A model generated the notes under the pieces. That model ran no database searches. It saw only the letters and a program-made list of their open reading frames with translations, and was not told where the DNA came from. Of a stretch of DNA of 64,000 bases, positions 39,710 through 48,715 are shown piece by piece. The stretch is from Sulfurovum sp. Its GTDB lineage: Bacteria > Campylobacterota > Campylobacteria > Campylobacterales > Sulfurovaceae. Position numbers and translations under genes: made by a program. The stretch is from NCBI GenBank assembly GCA_026989435.1, contig JALSJI010000033.1, positions 2,560 through 66,559 of the forward strand, written 5' to 3'. How positions within the stretch are numbered: the stretch's first letter is position 1; each line of letters begins with the position of its first letter.

Positions 39710-40622
39710 TCTGTTTCCCTTCAATATACTTGTCTATTTCTGTTATGAACTCTTTTTCAATCTCTAATTTTAACTTCATTTCGGAGATAGGCAACTTAAA
39801 CCCATGCATCTTCACTCTGTCTTTCGAGGTACAAAGAATTGATGTTGCACCATACGCTTTCAAAAACTGTTTTAAAACATCTTCATGAAAATAGGCATGA
39901 TCTTTATAATATACTTTATGCACTACCCCTTTTGGTAAATAGGGCTCTAGTCGCAAAGGATTTGAAATCGCTGTTACCAGTACCATCTTTGGTGTAATAT
40001 TCTCTATCTTCACCTTTCGTATGAAGGTTTCATTCTCTTTTGCAATAAAATCTGCTTTTTTTCGTGTTGAAAAAAATTCTCTAAAGGGACCGGCAGGAAA
40101 TGTAAAATAGTTTTCAACTCTGCAAGGCTCAAGCAAAATATCAAATTTTGCTATATCGACCCTGTTAAATCCATCATCGAGTATCACACACCTTGCTCCA
40201 TGATCTTTGGCAAATGCAATAGCCGTATCTCTATTTTCACTCACAACAACCGATGCATTTGGAAGAGAGAGTGCCATAAGCATCGCTTCATCCCCAGCCG
40301 TATAAACATCTGCTACTACCCTACCGTGTATACTCACTACCTCAAGTCCTCTACTTTTACGTCCATATCCGCGAGAGATCACAAAAACATCTCTATAACG
40401 CAGTGCCAATGCTATCACAAAAGGGGTCTTACCTGACCCTCCTACAATCAGATTACCTACCGAAACAATAGGAACATCATACTCTCTAAGGGATGTAAAT
40501 CTTCTACGCAAATACATGACGCTACCATAGACAAAAGAGAAAGGAAGCAAGAGAAAAATAGCAATCCAATGATACGGTTTAGGATGAAAAAACATCTCTT
40601 GTATAAAGGTTCTCATGAACAC
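39702..40622 (-). CDS. lpxK: Tetraacyldisaccharide 4'-kinase
   Basis: SVGNLIVGGSGKTP, SRGYG, GDEA, ILDDGF. Confidence 0.95.
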   Translation of the reverse strand: MFMRTFIQEMFFHPKPYHWIAIFLLLPFSFVYGSVMYLRRRFTSLREYDVPIVSVGNLIVGGSGKTPFVIALALRYRDVFVISRGYGRKSRGLEVVSIHGRVVADVYTAGDEAMLMALSLPNASVVVSENRDTAIAFAKDHGARCVILDDGFNRVDIAKFDILLEPCRVENYFTFPAGPFREFFSTRKKADFIAKENETFIRKVKIENITPKMVLVTAISNPLRLEPYLPKGVVHKVYYKDHAYFHEDVLKQFLKAYGATSILCTSKDRVKMHGFKLPISEMKLKLEIEKEFITEIDKYIEGKQNA

Positions 40623-41428
40623 TCACTTGCCCCAAGCCTTTTTATCTCTTTACATGAAAATCCTGCCTCTTTACGTCCTTGTACATTCACATGAGGTCTA
40701 TGCTTATGAAGCAGATTATATTTTTGTAAGATATCAAAATAGATCTCATCGCTTTTTTGCTCTTTTTGACAGAGATACTTAAACCATCTGTCCCCTTTTA
40801 AAACATGCACAATCTCCTCTTTATAAATAAGATGTAACATAGCAATAAGTTTGGAAACCGAAGGAATTTTACGTTTGTTGTGAAGTTTTTGAATAATATG
40901 AGGACCGACATCAAGTCCCGAGGCTTCAAAATAACGAGGTACTATTGCCATTCTCTCGAGGATATCCCCCGTAGTTTTTTGTGCAGCCTCAAACAATCCG
41001 GAGTGTACCGGAAAATCCCCATAACGATACCCAAGCTCTTTTAGTAAACCCTCCAGCATCAAAAAGTGCCGTATCTCATCGGCAGCTACCTCAAGCCAGT
41101 CCCTTTTATATTGCATTGGCATATTGGTATAACGATAGACTGCATCAAGAGCCAAATCTATAGCAGAGAACTCTATATGTGCAATAGCATGTACCAAGGT
41201 AGCCAACCCCTCTTTCGTATCAAAATCTTTACGTTGTGGCAGCTTTGAAGGGCTAACAATCGTGCACATTGAAACATAAGACGGCTCCGTAAAAAAAACT
41301 GGCACAAAACCATCCTCTTCCCTAACCTCATTTTGGTTACAATATGACAAACACTGAGCGGTCAATTTTTCCTTGATGCGTATGTCGTCACTGCAGATGG
41401 CCTGCTCTAACAATCTATACATATTCAT
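40613..41428 (-). CDS. DUF455 ferritin-like (di-iron) protein
   Basis: HAIAHIEFSAIDLALDA, DEIRHF, EASGLD, EEIVHV. Confidence 0.88.
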   Translation of the reverse strand: MNMYRLLEQAICSDDIRIKEKLTAQCLSYCNQNEVREEDGFVPVFFTEPSYVSMCTIVSPSKLPQRKDFDTKEGLATLVHAIAHIEFSAIDLALDAVYRYTNMPMQYKRDWLEVAADEIRHFLMLEGLLKELGYRYGDFPVHSGLFEAAQKTTGDILERMAIVPRYFEASGLDVGPHIIQKLHNKRKIPSVSKLIAMLHLIYKEEIVHVLKGDRWFKYLCQKEQKSDEIYFDILQKYNLLHKHRPHVNVQGRKEAGFSCKEIKRLGASECS

Positions 41429-41445
41429 AAAGGAAAGTATAACCG

Positions 41446-42051
41446 ATGGAGATTAAAATAGAGCCTATGGGTGCCACCCAAACCAACTGTTATATTGTTA
41501 CAATAGAGAATAAAGATCTCATTATAGATCCCGGTATGGGAGCAAGCCAATGGGTACTTGAGCATGTTACAAACCCTGTTGCTATACTCAATACCCACGG
41601 ACACTTTGATCATGTATGGTCCAACCAAACACTCAAAGAGAAACTCAAAATACCACTCTATTGCCCTAAAGGTGATAGTTTTATGTTAGAAAAATGTCCA
41701 TTGGGACAGGCAACCCCTCCAAGTACGCCAGATTACGAGATAAAAGGTGATGAGCGACTGAACATTGAAGATATTCAAATAGAGTACCTTCACTTTGCGG
41801 GTCACACTCCGGGGTGCAGTGTTATCCAAATCAAAGATGTATGGTTTTCAGGAGATTTTCTCTTTCGGCAATCAATAGGCAGATGGGATTTCCCTTTCTC
41901 AGACGGAAAAGAGATGATAAAAAGTTTGGAAAAAGCGATGAGAATAGAGAAAGACTATACCGTTTACCCAGGCCATGGAGCAGAAACCACACTCAAGGCA
42001 GAACAAAGAGCCATCCCCTTCTGGATAGAGCAAGTAAGGCAGACTATTTAG
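41446..42051 (+). CDS. MBL-fold metallo-hydrolase (glyoxalase II-like)
   Basis: THGHFDH, GHTPG, SGDFLF, PGHG. Confidence 0.92.
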   Translation: MEIKIEPMGATQTNCYIVTIENKDLIIDPGMGASQWVLEHVTNPVAILNTHGHFDHVWSNQTLKEKLKIPLYCPKGDSFMLEKCPLGQATPPSTPDYEIKGDERLNIEDIQIEYLHFAGHTPGCSVIQIKDVWFSGDFLFRQSIGRWDFPFSDGKEMIKSLEKAMRIEKDYTVYPGHGAETTLKAEQRAIPFWIEQVRQTI

Positions 42052-42223
42052 CTCCTGCACATTTCCCTGCAGCACACTTCCCGGACTCACACTTCATCTC
42101 AAAAGGTTTAAGTTCTGATTGTGCAGGAGATTTTTCAAAAAAACCTTCGGTATAGAGAATATAGGTAAACAGGGCACCAAGAACCAAAAGCCCAAAAAAG
42201 ATATAAAGTAAAAATTTTTTCAT
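42044..42223 (-). CDS. Unannotated 59-aa membrane-anchored Cys-repeat peptide (HvfA-like GKC repeats)
   Basis: MKKFLLYIFFGLLVLGALFTYILYTEGFFEKSPAQSELKPFEMKCESGKCAAGKCAGAK; just below the ORF track's length cutoff. Confidence 0.8.
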   Translation of the reverse strand: MKKFLLYIFFGLLVLGALFTYILYTEGFFEKSPAQSELKPFEMKCESGKCAAGKCAGAK

Positions 42224-42294
42224 AAAAGAGAACCTCTATCATAGTTAATGAAAAGAGTATAGCATAAAATAATTAGTCCTCAAAAACAAAAGCT

Positions 42295-42954
42295 TTAATA
42301 AGCAAACTTATATCCCCTGCGTCTTACAGTATGTATCACCTGAAAGCCTAGAATACTTTTCAGACGTTTTCTAATCTGATTAATCGCTACCTCTACGGTA
42401 TTGTCACTGACATACTCCGGTTCTTCCCAAAGTGCATTAATGATCTCATCTTTAGAAAAGACACGCTGTTTTCGTAATGCCAGATAAGCAAGAATATCAA
42501 ATGTTTTTCCGTTGAGTGAAACAATTTTTTCATCATACTCTATCTTTTTATTGGCTATATCAATAACCAACTTCTCAATATTCACGTGTGTTCCAAAAAG
42601 ATGTCTCATATTTGAAAGTACCCTTGCCGCTATAAGGTCAGGATGCTCAGCATGATTACTAATAACATCATCTATACCCAACTTAAAAAAAGCCTCTTGT
42701 TGTTTGAGGTTTTGAGAGAGAATAATGATTTTTGTTTCACTCTTTTTCTTTTTGACTTCATTAACATAGCGTTCAAGAGAAAACCTAACACCCTCATCAA
42801 CGATAATCACTAATTCGTAATGTCTGAAATCTGTAAAATTGGTCGCATCATATAAATCTTTTGCATTGTCTACTATACATATAAAATAGTTTTCCAACTC
42901 TTTTTCAAGCTTCTTGACATACTCATCACTAAAACCGACAGTTAATATTCTCAT
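42295..42954 (-). CDS. Atypical orphan OmpR-family response regulator, HsrA/CosR-like
   Basis: Winged helix ALWEEPEYVSDNTVEVAINQIRKRL...TVRRRGYKF; receiver lacks the acidic pair; start MRILTVG. Confidence 0.85.
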   Translation of the reverse strand: MRILTVGFSDEYVKKLEKELENYFICIVDNAKDLYDATNFTDFRHYELVIIVDEGVRFSLERYVNEVKKKKSETKIIILSQNLKQQEAFFKLGIDDVISNHAEHPDLIAARVLSNMRHLFGTHVNIEKLVIDIANKKIEYDEKIVSLNGKTFDILAYLALRKQRVFSKDEIINALWEEPEYVSDNTVEVAINQIRKRLKSILGFQVIHTVRRRGYKFAY

Positions 42955-43095
42955 CTGTATCCATTCCGTCTGTATAAAAACCAAAACTTAAAGTTTTTAT
43001 ATTTTTTTCATTTATTAATGTATTTATAACAAAATCTACCTTATTTAAAAATAAAAGTACTTTTCTAATCCATACATAACTTATTTGATCGTCAA

Positions 43096-43128
43096 AGTAT
43101 ACTCCCAATTTGTCAAATATCTGTCAAA
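43096..43128 (-). promoter_or_regulatory. Promoter with tandem TTTGACA repeat and -10 TATACT upstream of the response regulator
   Basis: Minus strand reads TTTGACAGATA-TTTGACA-AATTGGGAG-TATACT. Confidence 0.6.
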
Positions 43129-43140
43129 ATTCATCCCCCT

Positions 43141-44043
43141 TTAGGCTTTATATGCTTTAATATAAACCCGTTTGGGTGCGGGATAACCTTCAACTGTTTT
43201 TGTTGTATTATTCGGATCTAAAAAATCTTCTAAACTCTGAGTATCAATCCACTCTGTTTTTCTCTGCTCATTCATATCGGTAATCATATTTCCAAGTACT
43301 TCCACCTTTTCAAACCCTGCCCTGTAACACCAATTAATCAAAGCAGGCACGGTAGGAATGAAATAGATATTGGGTATTTTAGAGTATCTCTCTTTAGGAG
43401 TGAGACAAATGTCATCCTCTCCCTCTATCATAAAAGTATCCAAAATAAGTTCGCCACCACTATTGAGCCCTTTACACAAAGACTTCAACGTCATCACAGG
43501 ATCTGAACGGTGATAAAGCACCCCTAGACAAAATAACACATCAAACTTATGCTCATAAAACGCTACATGCTCCACCCCCAAAAGCTCATAGACAATATCA
43601 GATTTAATAAAATGATCGATAAATTGAAATTGGGAAAAATAGATAGCCGAAGGGTCAAAACCAATTAGTTTCTTAGGCAGATGCTCTTGCATTCGAAAAA
43701 GATAGTAGCCGTTGTTGCACCCTATATCTCCCACGATTTTGTTTTTAAGTGCAAAGTAGGGTTCAAGAAAATTATATTTAATATAACTTTGCCACTCAGC
43801 ATCAATCAAGAGATCGTTAATGCGAAACGGTCCCTTACGCCAAGGCTTCATCAAAAGGGCTGCTTGCCTGATTTGCATCTCATCCTCTTTGGAAGCCGGT
43901 ATGATATCAATCGTAATACAATCCCCTAAATGCACCTTAGTCTCTAAAGGTCTGGGCAAAGCGCTAATGGCATTTTGACAAGGAAGAATATTTTTCCAAG
44001 TAAGCCATTTTTGACGCTCCTGTCGAAGTAAATCTAAATTCAT
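43141..44043 (-). CDS. cmoB: tRNA U34 carboxymethyltransferase
   Basis: PWRKGPF, IDAEWQS, DIGCNNGYY, LGVLYHRSDP, TVEGYPAP. Confidence 0.95.
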   Translation of the reverse strand: MNLDLLRQERQKWLTWKNILPCQNAISALPRPLETKVHLGDCITIDIIPASKEDEMQIRQAALLMKPWRKGPFRINDLLIDAEWQSYIKYNFLEPYFALKNKIVGDIGCNNGYYLFRMQEHLPKKLIGFDPSAIYFSQFQFIDHFIKSDIVYELLGVEHVAFYEHKFDVLFCLGVLYHRSDPVMTLKSLCKGLNSGGELILDTFMIEGEDDICLTPKERYSKIPNIYFIPTVPALINWCYRAGFEKVEVLGNMITDMNEQRKTEWIDTQSLEDFLDPNNTTKTVEGYPAPKRVYIKAYKA

Positions 44044-44137
44044 ATCAATGACTTAAAAAATCGCAGCTAATATGCTTTTTCTGCTCAGAGATATCCGACA
44101 AACATAAACGCTTTTGAAATTGTTGCAAAGAGATTTC

Positions 44138-44707
44138 CTATTTGATATACAGCTTTTTCATTGTTTGAGGAAACAAAGGCCTATGGGTACCGGGAGAGAC
44201 GGAGACATTCTCTATCTTTTTAACCACATCCTTACCGGAAACAACTTCTCCAAAAATCGTATATCCTCCGTTTAAATGCGGGGTAGGAACCGTTGTAATA
44301 AAAAACTGACTTCCGTTGGTATTGATACCGCGGTTTGCCATTGCAAGCAAAAAAGGTTTATCAAATATCAAATTTGGCGAATGCTCATTTTTGAACACTT
44401 TCCCCCAAATAGACTCACCCCCTCTGCCTGTACCCGTTGGATCACCCCCTTGAATCATAAATCCCTTAATAACTCTGTGAAAAATCGTACCGTTATAATA
44501 ACCTTTCTTTACAAGTCCCAAAAAGTTTTCTACCGCTAAAGGAGATTTATCCGGATAGAGTTTTACCTCTATGGTACCTGCATTGGTCTCAATCACTACA
44601 ATGGGCGCTTTTGTTACATCTTTATGAAGACTCTTCTTGCTTGGTGTCTCTGCATGAAGGTAGAGTCCAAACACCAAAACCATAAATCCTGCAAATATCC
44701 GCTTCAT
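44138..44707 (-). CDS. Cyclophilin-type peptidyl-prolyl isomerase (exported)
   Basis: FHRVIKGFMIQGGDPTGTG, AMANRG, NGSQFFIT; signal peptide. Confidence 0.95.
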   Translation of the reverse strand: MKRIFAGFMVLVFGLYLHAETPSKKSLHKDVTKAPIVVIETNAGTIEVKLYPDKSPLAVENFLGLVKKGYYNGTIFHRVIKGFMIQGGDPTGTGRGGESIWGKVFKNEHSPNLIFDKPFLLAMANRGINTNGSQFFITTVPTPHLNGGYTIFGEVVSGKDVVKKIENVSVSPGTHRPLFPQTMKKLYIK

Positions 44708-44761
44708 TTCTTTGATCCTTTTATTAAAAATATGTCATTATAACACTATAAGCTTACTTCC

Positions 44762-46282
44762 TTATTTGGCATAACTTGTTGCTCTTAGTTCCCGTATCAC
44801 ACTTACTTTAATTGCTCCTGGATACTGTACGTTACGCTCTATCTCTTTGGCTATCTCTTTACTTACGAGTATCGTTTCATTATCTGAAAGTTTTTGTGCG
44901 TTGACTATCACACGTATCTCTCTTCCTGCATTAATAGCATATGCCTTGCGTACGGCAGGATTTGAGAGCGCTATTTGTTCTATCTCTTTGACGCGTTTTG
45001 TAAAACTCTCCAATACCTCTCTTCTAGCACCCGGTCGTGCAGCAGAGAGTGTATCGGCTGCACATACTGCTGCCGATTCTACAGAGTTTGGTGCTTCATG
45101 TCCATGGTGTGCCAATATAGCATTAATCACTGTGGGATGCTCACCATGCCTTTTACATAAATCTACACCGATTTCCACATGCGAACCACCCATCTCCTGC
45201 GTCAGTGCTTTACCTATATCATGCAATAACCCAGCACGCATAGCAAGCACTTCGTCCCCTCCCATCTCTGCTGCCATAACACGTGCTAGTTTTGCCACTT
45301 CCAAGGTATGCAGTAGTGCATTTTGTCCATAACTGGCTCTATACTTCATGCGTCCAAGAAGCATAACCAACTCTTCATCCATCGAAAAGATCCCCAAATC
45401 TATAAGAATATTCTGCCCCTCTTCATAAGTTTTCTGCTCAAATTCCGCCTCAACCTTTTTATGAGTCTTCTCTATACGTCCGGGATGTATACGTCCATCC
45501 TCCACAAGCAGCTCTATCACACGTGTAGCAATAGCCCTTCGATAAAGATTAAAAGAGCTTACCACGATCACGCCTGGTGTTTCATCAATCACGATATCCA
45601 CACCCAAAAGCATTTCAAGTGCCTTAATATTACGCCCTTCTTTACCTATAATACGTCCCTTGTGTTCATCACTGGGCAGGTTGACTACATCTATCAGACG
45701 CTCTCCTGCAAACTCTCCTGCATAACGCGTGGTGGCTTGTGCCAAGATATAATTGGCCTTCTTCTCTCCCTGAATTTTTGCTTCCTGCTCATATTTTCGT
45801 ACAATTGCAGCTACTTCGGCACGGCTTTGTGCTTCAACCTTTTCCAAAATATATGCTTTAGCCTCCTCTTTTGTAAAAGAGGCTATATCTTGCATTTTCT
45901 CTATTATTTTTTCTATCTCAAGCTGTTTTTGAGATTCAAGTTTTTCTAAAACCGCCTCTCTTTCCAATGCTCCTTGCTCTAACATTTTGAGTCTCTCTGC
46001 TTTACGCTCAAACTCCTTTTTTTGCAAAATCACACTTCTTTCTCGTTCATCTATCCGTGCAACTCTTTCTTGAAAGAGTTTTTCCTGTTCCAACTCTTTT
46101 TCTTTTATTTTTACATCTGCATTTTTTAGCGCAAGCTCTATCTCATTCTCAATCGCTTTTGCTTTGGCTTTAGCTTCAAGTTCATAATGGATAAACTTAT
46201 TTTTACAAATATTTTTTAACCATACATAGCTTATTACTCCTCCGAAAATAACGCCTCCTGCTCCTACGGCTATCTCCAACAT
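44762..46282 (-). CDS. rny: Ribonuclease Y
   Basis: TM, coiled coil, KH (KGRIIGKEGRNI), HD (LLHDIGK), SAARPGAR. Confidence 0.97.
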   Translation of the reverse strand: MLEIAVGAGGVIFGGVISYVWLKNICKNKFIHYELEAKAKAKAIENEIELALKNADVKIKEKELEQEKLFQERVARIDERERSVILQKKEFERKAERLKMLEQGALEREAVLEKLESQKQLEIEKIIEKMQDIASFTKEEAKAYILEKVEAQSRAEVAAIVRKYEQEAKIQGEKKANYILAQATTRYAGEFAGERLIDVVNLPSDEHKGRIIGKEGRNIKALEMLLGVDIVIDETPGVIVVSSFNLYRRAIATRVIELLVEDGRIHPGRIEKTHKKVEAEFEQKTYEEGQNILIDLGIFSMDEELVMLLGRMKYRASYGQNALLHTLEVAKLARVMAAEMGGDEVLAMRAGLLHDIGKALTQEMGGSHVEIGVDLCKRHGEHPTVINAILAHHGHEAPNSVESAAVCAADTLSAARPGARREVLESFTKRVKEIEQIALSNPAVRKAYAINAGREIRVIVNAQKLSDNETILVSKEIAKEIERNVQYPGAIKVSVIRELRATSYAK

Positions 46283-46847
46283 TTCCTATCCTTTGGTCTC
46301 TCTGCCGCGATAAAATCATGTCAGCTCTTACATCATGATTGTCTGTAACAAGCTCTTTAGTGTAACACAATTTACGCGTTACGAAAACTGTTTTTTTTAT
46401 ATATATACTATTTTTCTCAAAAAATCTATCATACATCCCTTTTCCAAATCCTACACGCCTTTGCGTATAATCGACTCCGACAATAGGAACAATAGCAAAA
46501 TCGATACTTTTTTTTCTATACTTTTTTGAATCGTTTGGTTCTTTAATGCCAAACTTTTTTTCGCGAAGCGGCAATCTATATTCTACCAATCTAAAACTTT
46601 TACCTTCCATAAACGGCACGTACACTTTTCGTCTTTCTCTTCGCAAACGGATAATAAGTCCATCAATATTTACCTCCGTTTTTAAGGGAATATAAAGCAT
46701 CACATCTCTTGCAAAATCTCTACGAATCAGCCGATATATTTTTTGAGAAATCTGCTTGTCAACAGTGTATGTTCCATGTTTCAAAAAAGATGCCAAACGC
46801 TTCAAACACCCATTTCTAAACTGCTTTTTCCTCTCTTCTTTTTTCAT
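46203..46847 (-). CDS. 5-formyltetrahydrofolate cyclo-ligase
   Basis: FGIKEP, RRVGFGKGMYDRF, HDVRAD. Confidence 0.92.
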   Translation of the reverse strand: MKKEERKKQFRNGCLKRLASFLKHGTYTVDKQISQKIYRLIRRDFARDVMLYIPLKTEVNIDGLIIRLRRERRKVYVPFMEGKSFRLVEYRLPLREKKFGIKEPNDSKKYRKKSIDFAIVPIVGVDYTQRRVGFGKGMYDRFFEKNSIYIKKTVFVTRKLCYTKELVTDNHDVRADMILSRQRDQRIGNVGDSRRSRRRYFRRSNKLCMVKKYL

Positions 46848-46915
46848 AATCTTCCATTTAATATTAATGCACTTTGGCTATAATCATATCTACTAATTAA
46901 AGCGAAAGGTTTTGT

Positions 46916-47536
46916 GTGCGTATTATCACTGCTCTTGTTTTCAGTACTCTTTTATCTACCTTGCCCGGATGTACAGAGACAAAAAAATCTTCAACACACA
47001 CAGCAGAAAAAAACGACACACACATCATCGCACAAAAAGAGTTAAACAAACCTGCATCATCAAACAAGCATATCCAAGATCCTCAGAGTTTTACCCTTGA
47101 AAGTACCCAAAAGAAAACCTACAGGTTGTCTCTTCTTCTAAACGGAAATATCGAATCGAAGGATTCAGACAATAAAATCGTAATACTCAACCTTGCCTAT
47201 CTTAATGATACGCTTTCTCTTGAACAGATGAAAACAGTATCAAAACTCCAAAGAAAATACCCCAAACAACTAAGAGTCGTTACTCTACTTCTTGATGAGA
47301 CAGAGAAAATAGCCACACCAACAATATTTCTCAATAGACACCATATCGACCACTTTGTCTCCCTAGGCAAAGAAAATCAAAAAATTGCAAAGATCCTCTA
47401 TAAATCACTCCATCTAAAAAAGGAAACGATACCCTTGTGTATTCTCTACAACAAATCAGAGATCTACAGCTATTTTGAAGGCATCACTCCTTTAGAGATG
47501 CTTAAAAGTGATATAGAACAGATAATAAAAAAGTAA
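46916..47536 (+). CDS. TlpA-like thioredoxin-fold lipoprotein lacking CxxC
   Basis: Lipobox LPGC; NKIVILNL...LQRKY, TIPLCILY, YFEGITPLEMLKSDI; upstream of ftsY. Confidence 0.65.
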   Translation: MRIITALVFSTLLSTLPGCTETKKSSTHTAEKNDTHIIAQKELNKPASSNKHIQDPQSFTLESTQKKTYRLSLLLNGNIESKDSDNKIVILNLAYLNDTLSLEQMKTVSKLQRKYPKQLRVVTLLLDETEKIATPTIFLNRHHIDHFVSLGKENQKIAKILYKSLHLKKETIPLCILYNKSEIYSYFEGITPLEMLKSDIEQIIKK

Positions 47537-47547
47537 AAGGACTTCTG

Positions 47548-48414
47548 ATGTTTAATCTACTCAAAAAAGTTTTAGGTAAAACAAATGATGCCATCAAAGA
47601 GGTCGTACCGCAAAAGAGAAAAAACATCACCAAAGAGGAGTTTGAAGAGCTTCTGCTTGAAGCAGATGTCAACTATACGCTTATAGAAAAACTTTTAAAA
47701 GGCCTACCCAATACCATATCGAGAATTCAAGCTTTCAATTCTCTCATCTCTATCTTTCACTATGATATTCACGACAAAGAGAGTCATCCAAAGCCCTTTG
47801 TCGAAATGATTATTGGTGTAAACGGTGCAGGCAAAACAACTACCATAGCAAAACTGGCCTATCTCTATAAAGAAGAGAACAAAAAAGTCGTTTTGGGTGC
47901 TGCAGACACCTTTAGAGCAGCTGCAATAGAGCAGCTTAGTCGGTGGGCAAAGAGACTCTCGCTTCCTATTGTCGCCACTCAACAAGGGCATGATCCCTCT
48001 GCGGTTGTCTATGATACGATTGAGTCTGCAAAAGCAAAAGGTTATGATCATGTCATCATCGATACTGCCGGCAGGCTCCATACAGAAAAAAATCTCAATG
48101 AAGAGCTCAAAAAAATGTTACGTGTAGCAAAAAAATCACTTCCAAAGGCCCCCCATAGAAAAATATTGATACTTGATGGTACCCAAGGCAGCTCTTCAAT
48201 CAACCAAGCAAAGGTATTTGACGAATATATAGGTATAGACGGTATCATCGTTACGAAGCTTGACGGGACGGCAAAAGGGGGTTCTATTTTAAGTATTGCT
48301 GATGAATTAAAGATGCCTATATTATATATCGGAACAGGAGAACAGCCTCAAGATCTCATCCCTTTCAGACCCAATGACTATATCAATACGATTTTAGATG
48401 AGATATTTCTCTAA
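47548..48414 (+). CDS. ftsY: Signal recognition particle receptor
   Basis: GVNGAGKTTT, DTFRAAA, DTAGR, TKLDGTAKGG. Confidence 0.97.
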   Translation: MFNLLKKVLGKTNDAIKEVVPQKRKNITKEEFEELLLEADVNYTLIEKLLKGLPNTISRIQAFNSLISIFHYDIHDKESHPKPFVEMIIGVNGAGKTTTIAKLAYLYKEENKKVVLGAADTFRAAAIEQLSRWAKRLSLPIVATQQGHDPSAVVYDTIESAKAKGYDHVIIDTAGRLHTEKNLNEELKKMLRVAKKSLPKAPHRKILILDGTQGSSSINQAKVFDEYIGIDGIIVTKLDGTAKGGSILSIADELKMPILYIGTGEQPQDLIPFRPNDYINTILDEIFL

Positions 48415-48715
48415 AACCATGCAGACACCGCAAGAAAAAAAAGAAAAAAAGATGATTGTGCTGATGGATAGTGCAGTAGCCTATGAAGTCTCTTTACAGA
48501 CTCTATATCAACGAAACAGAGGTGAAATTATTTACCAAAACAGACAAAAAGGATTAATCCTACTAAAAGATGGTTTCCAAGAGCTTAAAATAGACATTAC
48601 TGCACCAACAAAACATACTGCTGAAATTCTTATCTCTACGACCATGGACAACGGTATTCTAAAAAAGATTATCTCATTTATCAAACATAAAGAGCATCGA
48701 TTTTTACACTATTAA
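48398..48715 (+). CDS. Hypothetical protein
   Basis: Fills the gap between ftsY and the convergent acyltransferase; no recognised motif; start uncertain. Confidence 0.5.
   Translation: MRYFSKTMQTPQEKKEKKMIVLMDSAVAYEVSLQTLYQRNRGEIIYQNRQKGLILLKDGFQELKIDITAPTKHTAEILISTTMDNGILKKIISFIKHKEHRFLHY

Noticed and set aside
41814-42155. 113-aa + strand ORF with repeated AHFP
   Set aside because: The repeat is the reverse complement of the GKC repeats of the minus-strand peptide, and the ORF overlaps the MBL hydrolase out of frame
40613-42223. DUF455 di-iron protein or MBL hydrolase as maturases for the Cys peptide
   Set aside because: Neither belongs to the DUF692 family, the MBL gene is convergent with the peptide, and both sit in a housekeeping lpxK-thrC context
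38686-43078. Identical 12-mer AATCCATACATA at 38686 and 43067, containing an ANGGA CsrA-like motif on the minus strand
   Set aside because: An AT-rich 12-mer match is plausible by chance, and in the hairpin it is base-paired rather than loop-exposed
46203-46282. 80-nt overlap of the cyclo-ligase tail with rny
   Set aside because: Looks like a non-conserved run-on tail; such overlaps are common in compact genomes
46848-46915. 6S RNA upstream of the 5-formyl-THF cyclo-ligase, as in many bacteria
   Set aside because: The gap is only 68 bp and holds promoter signals; no room for a 6S RNA
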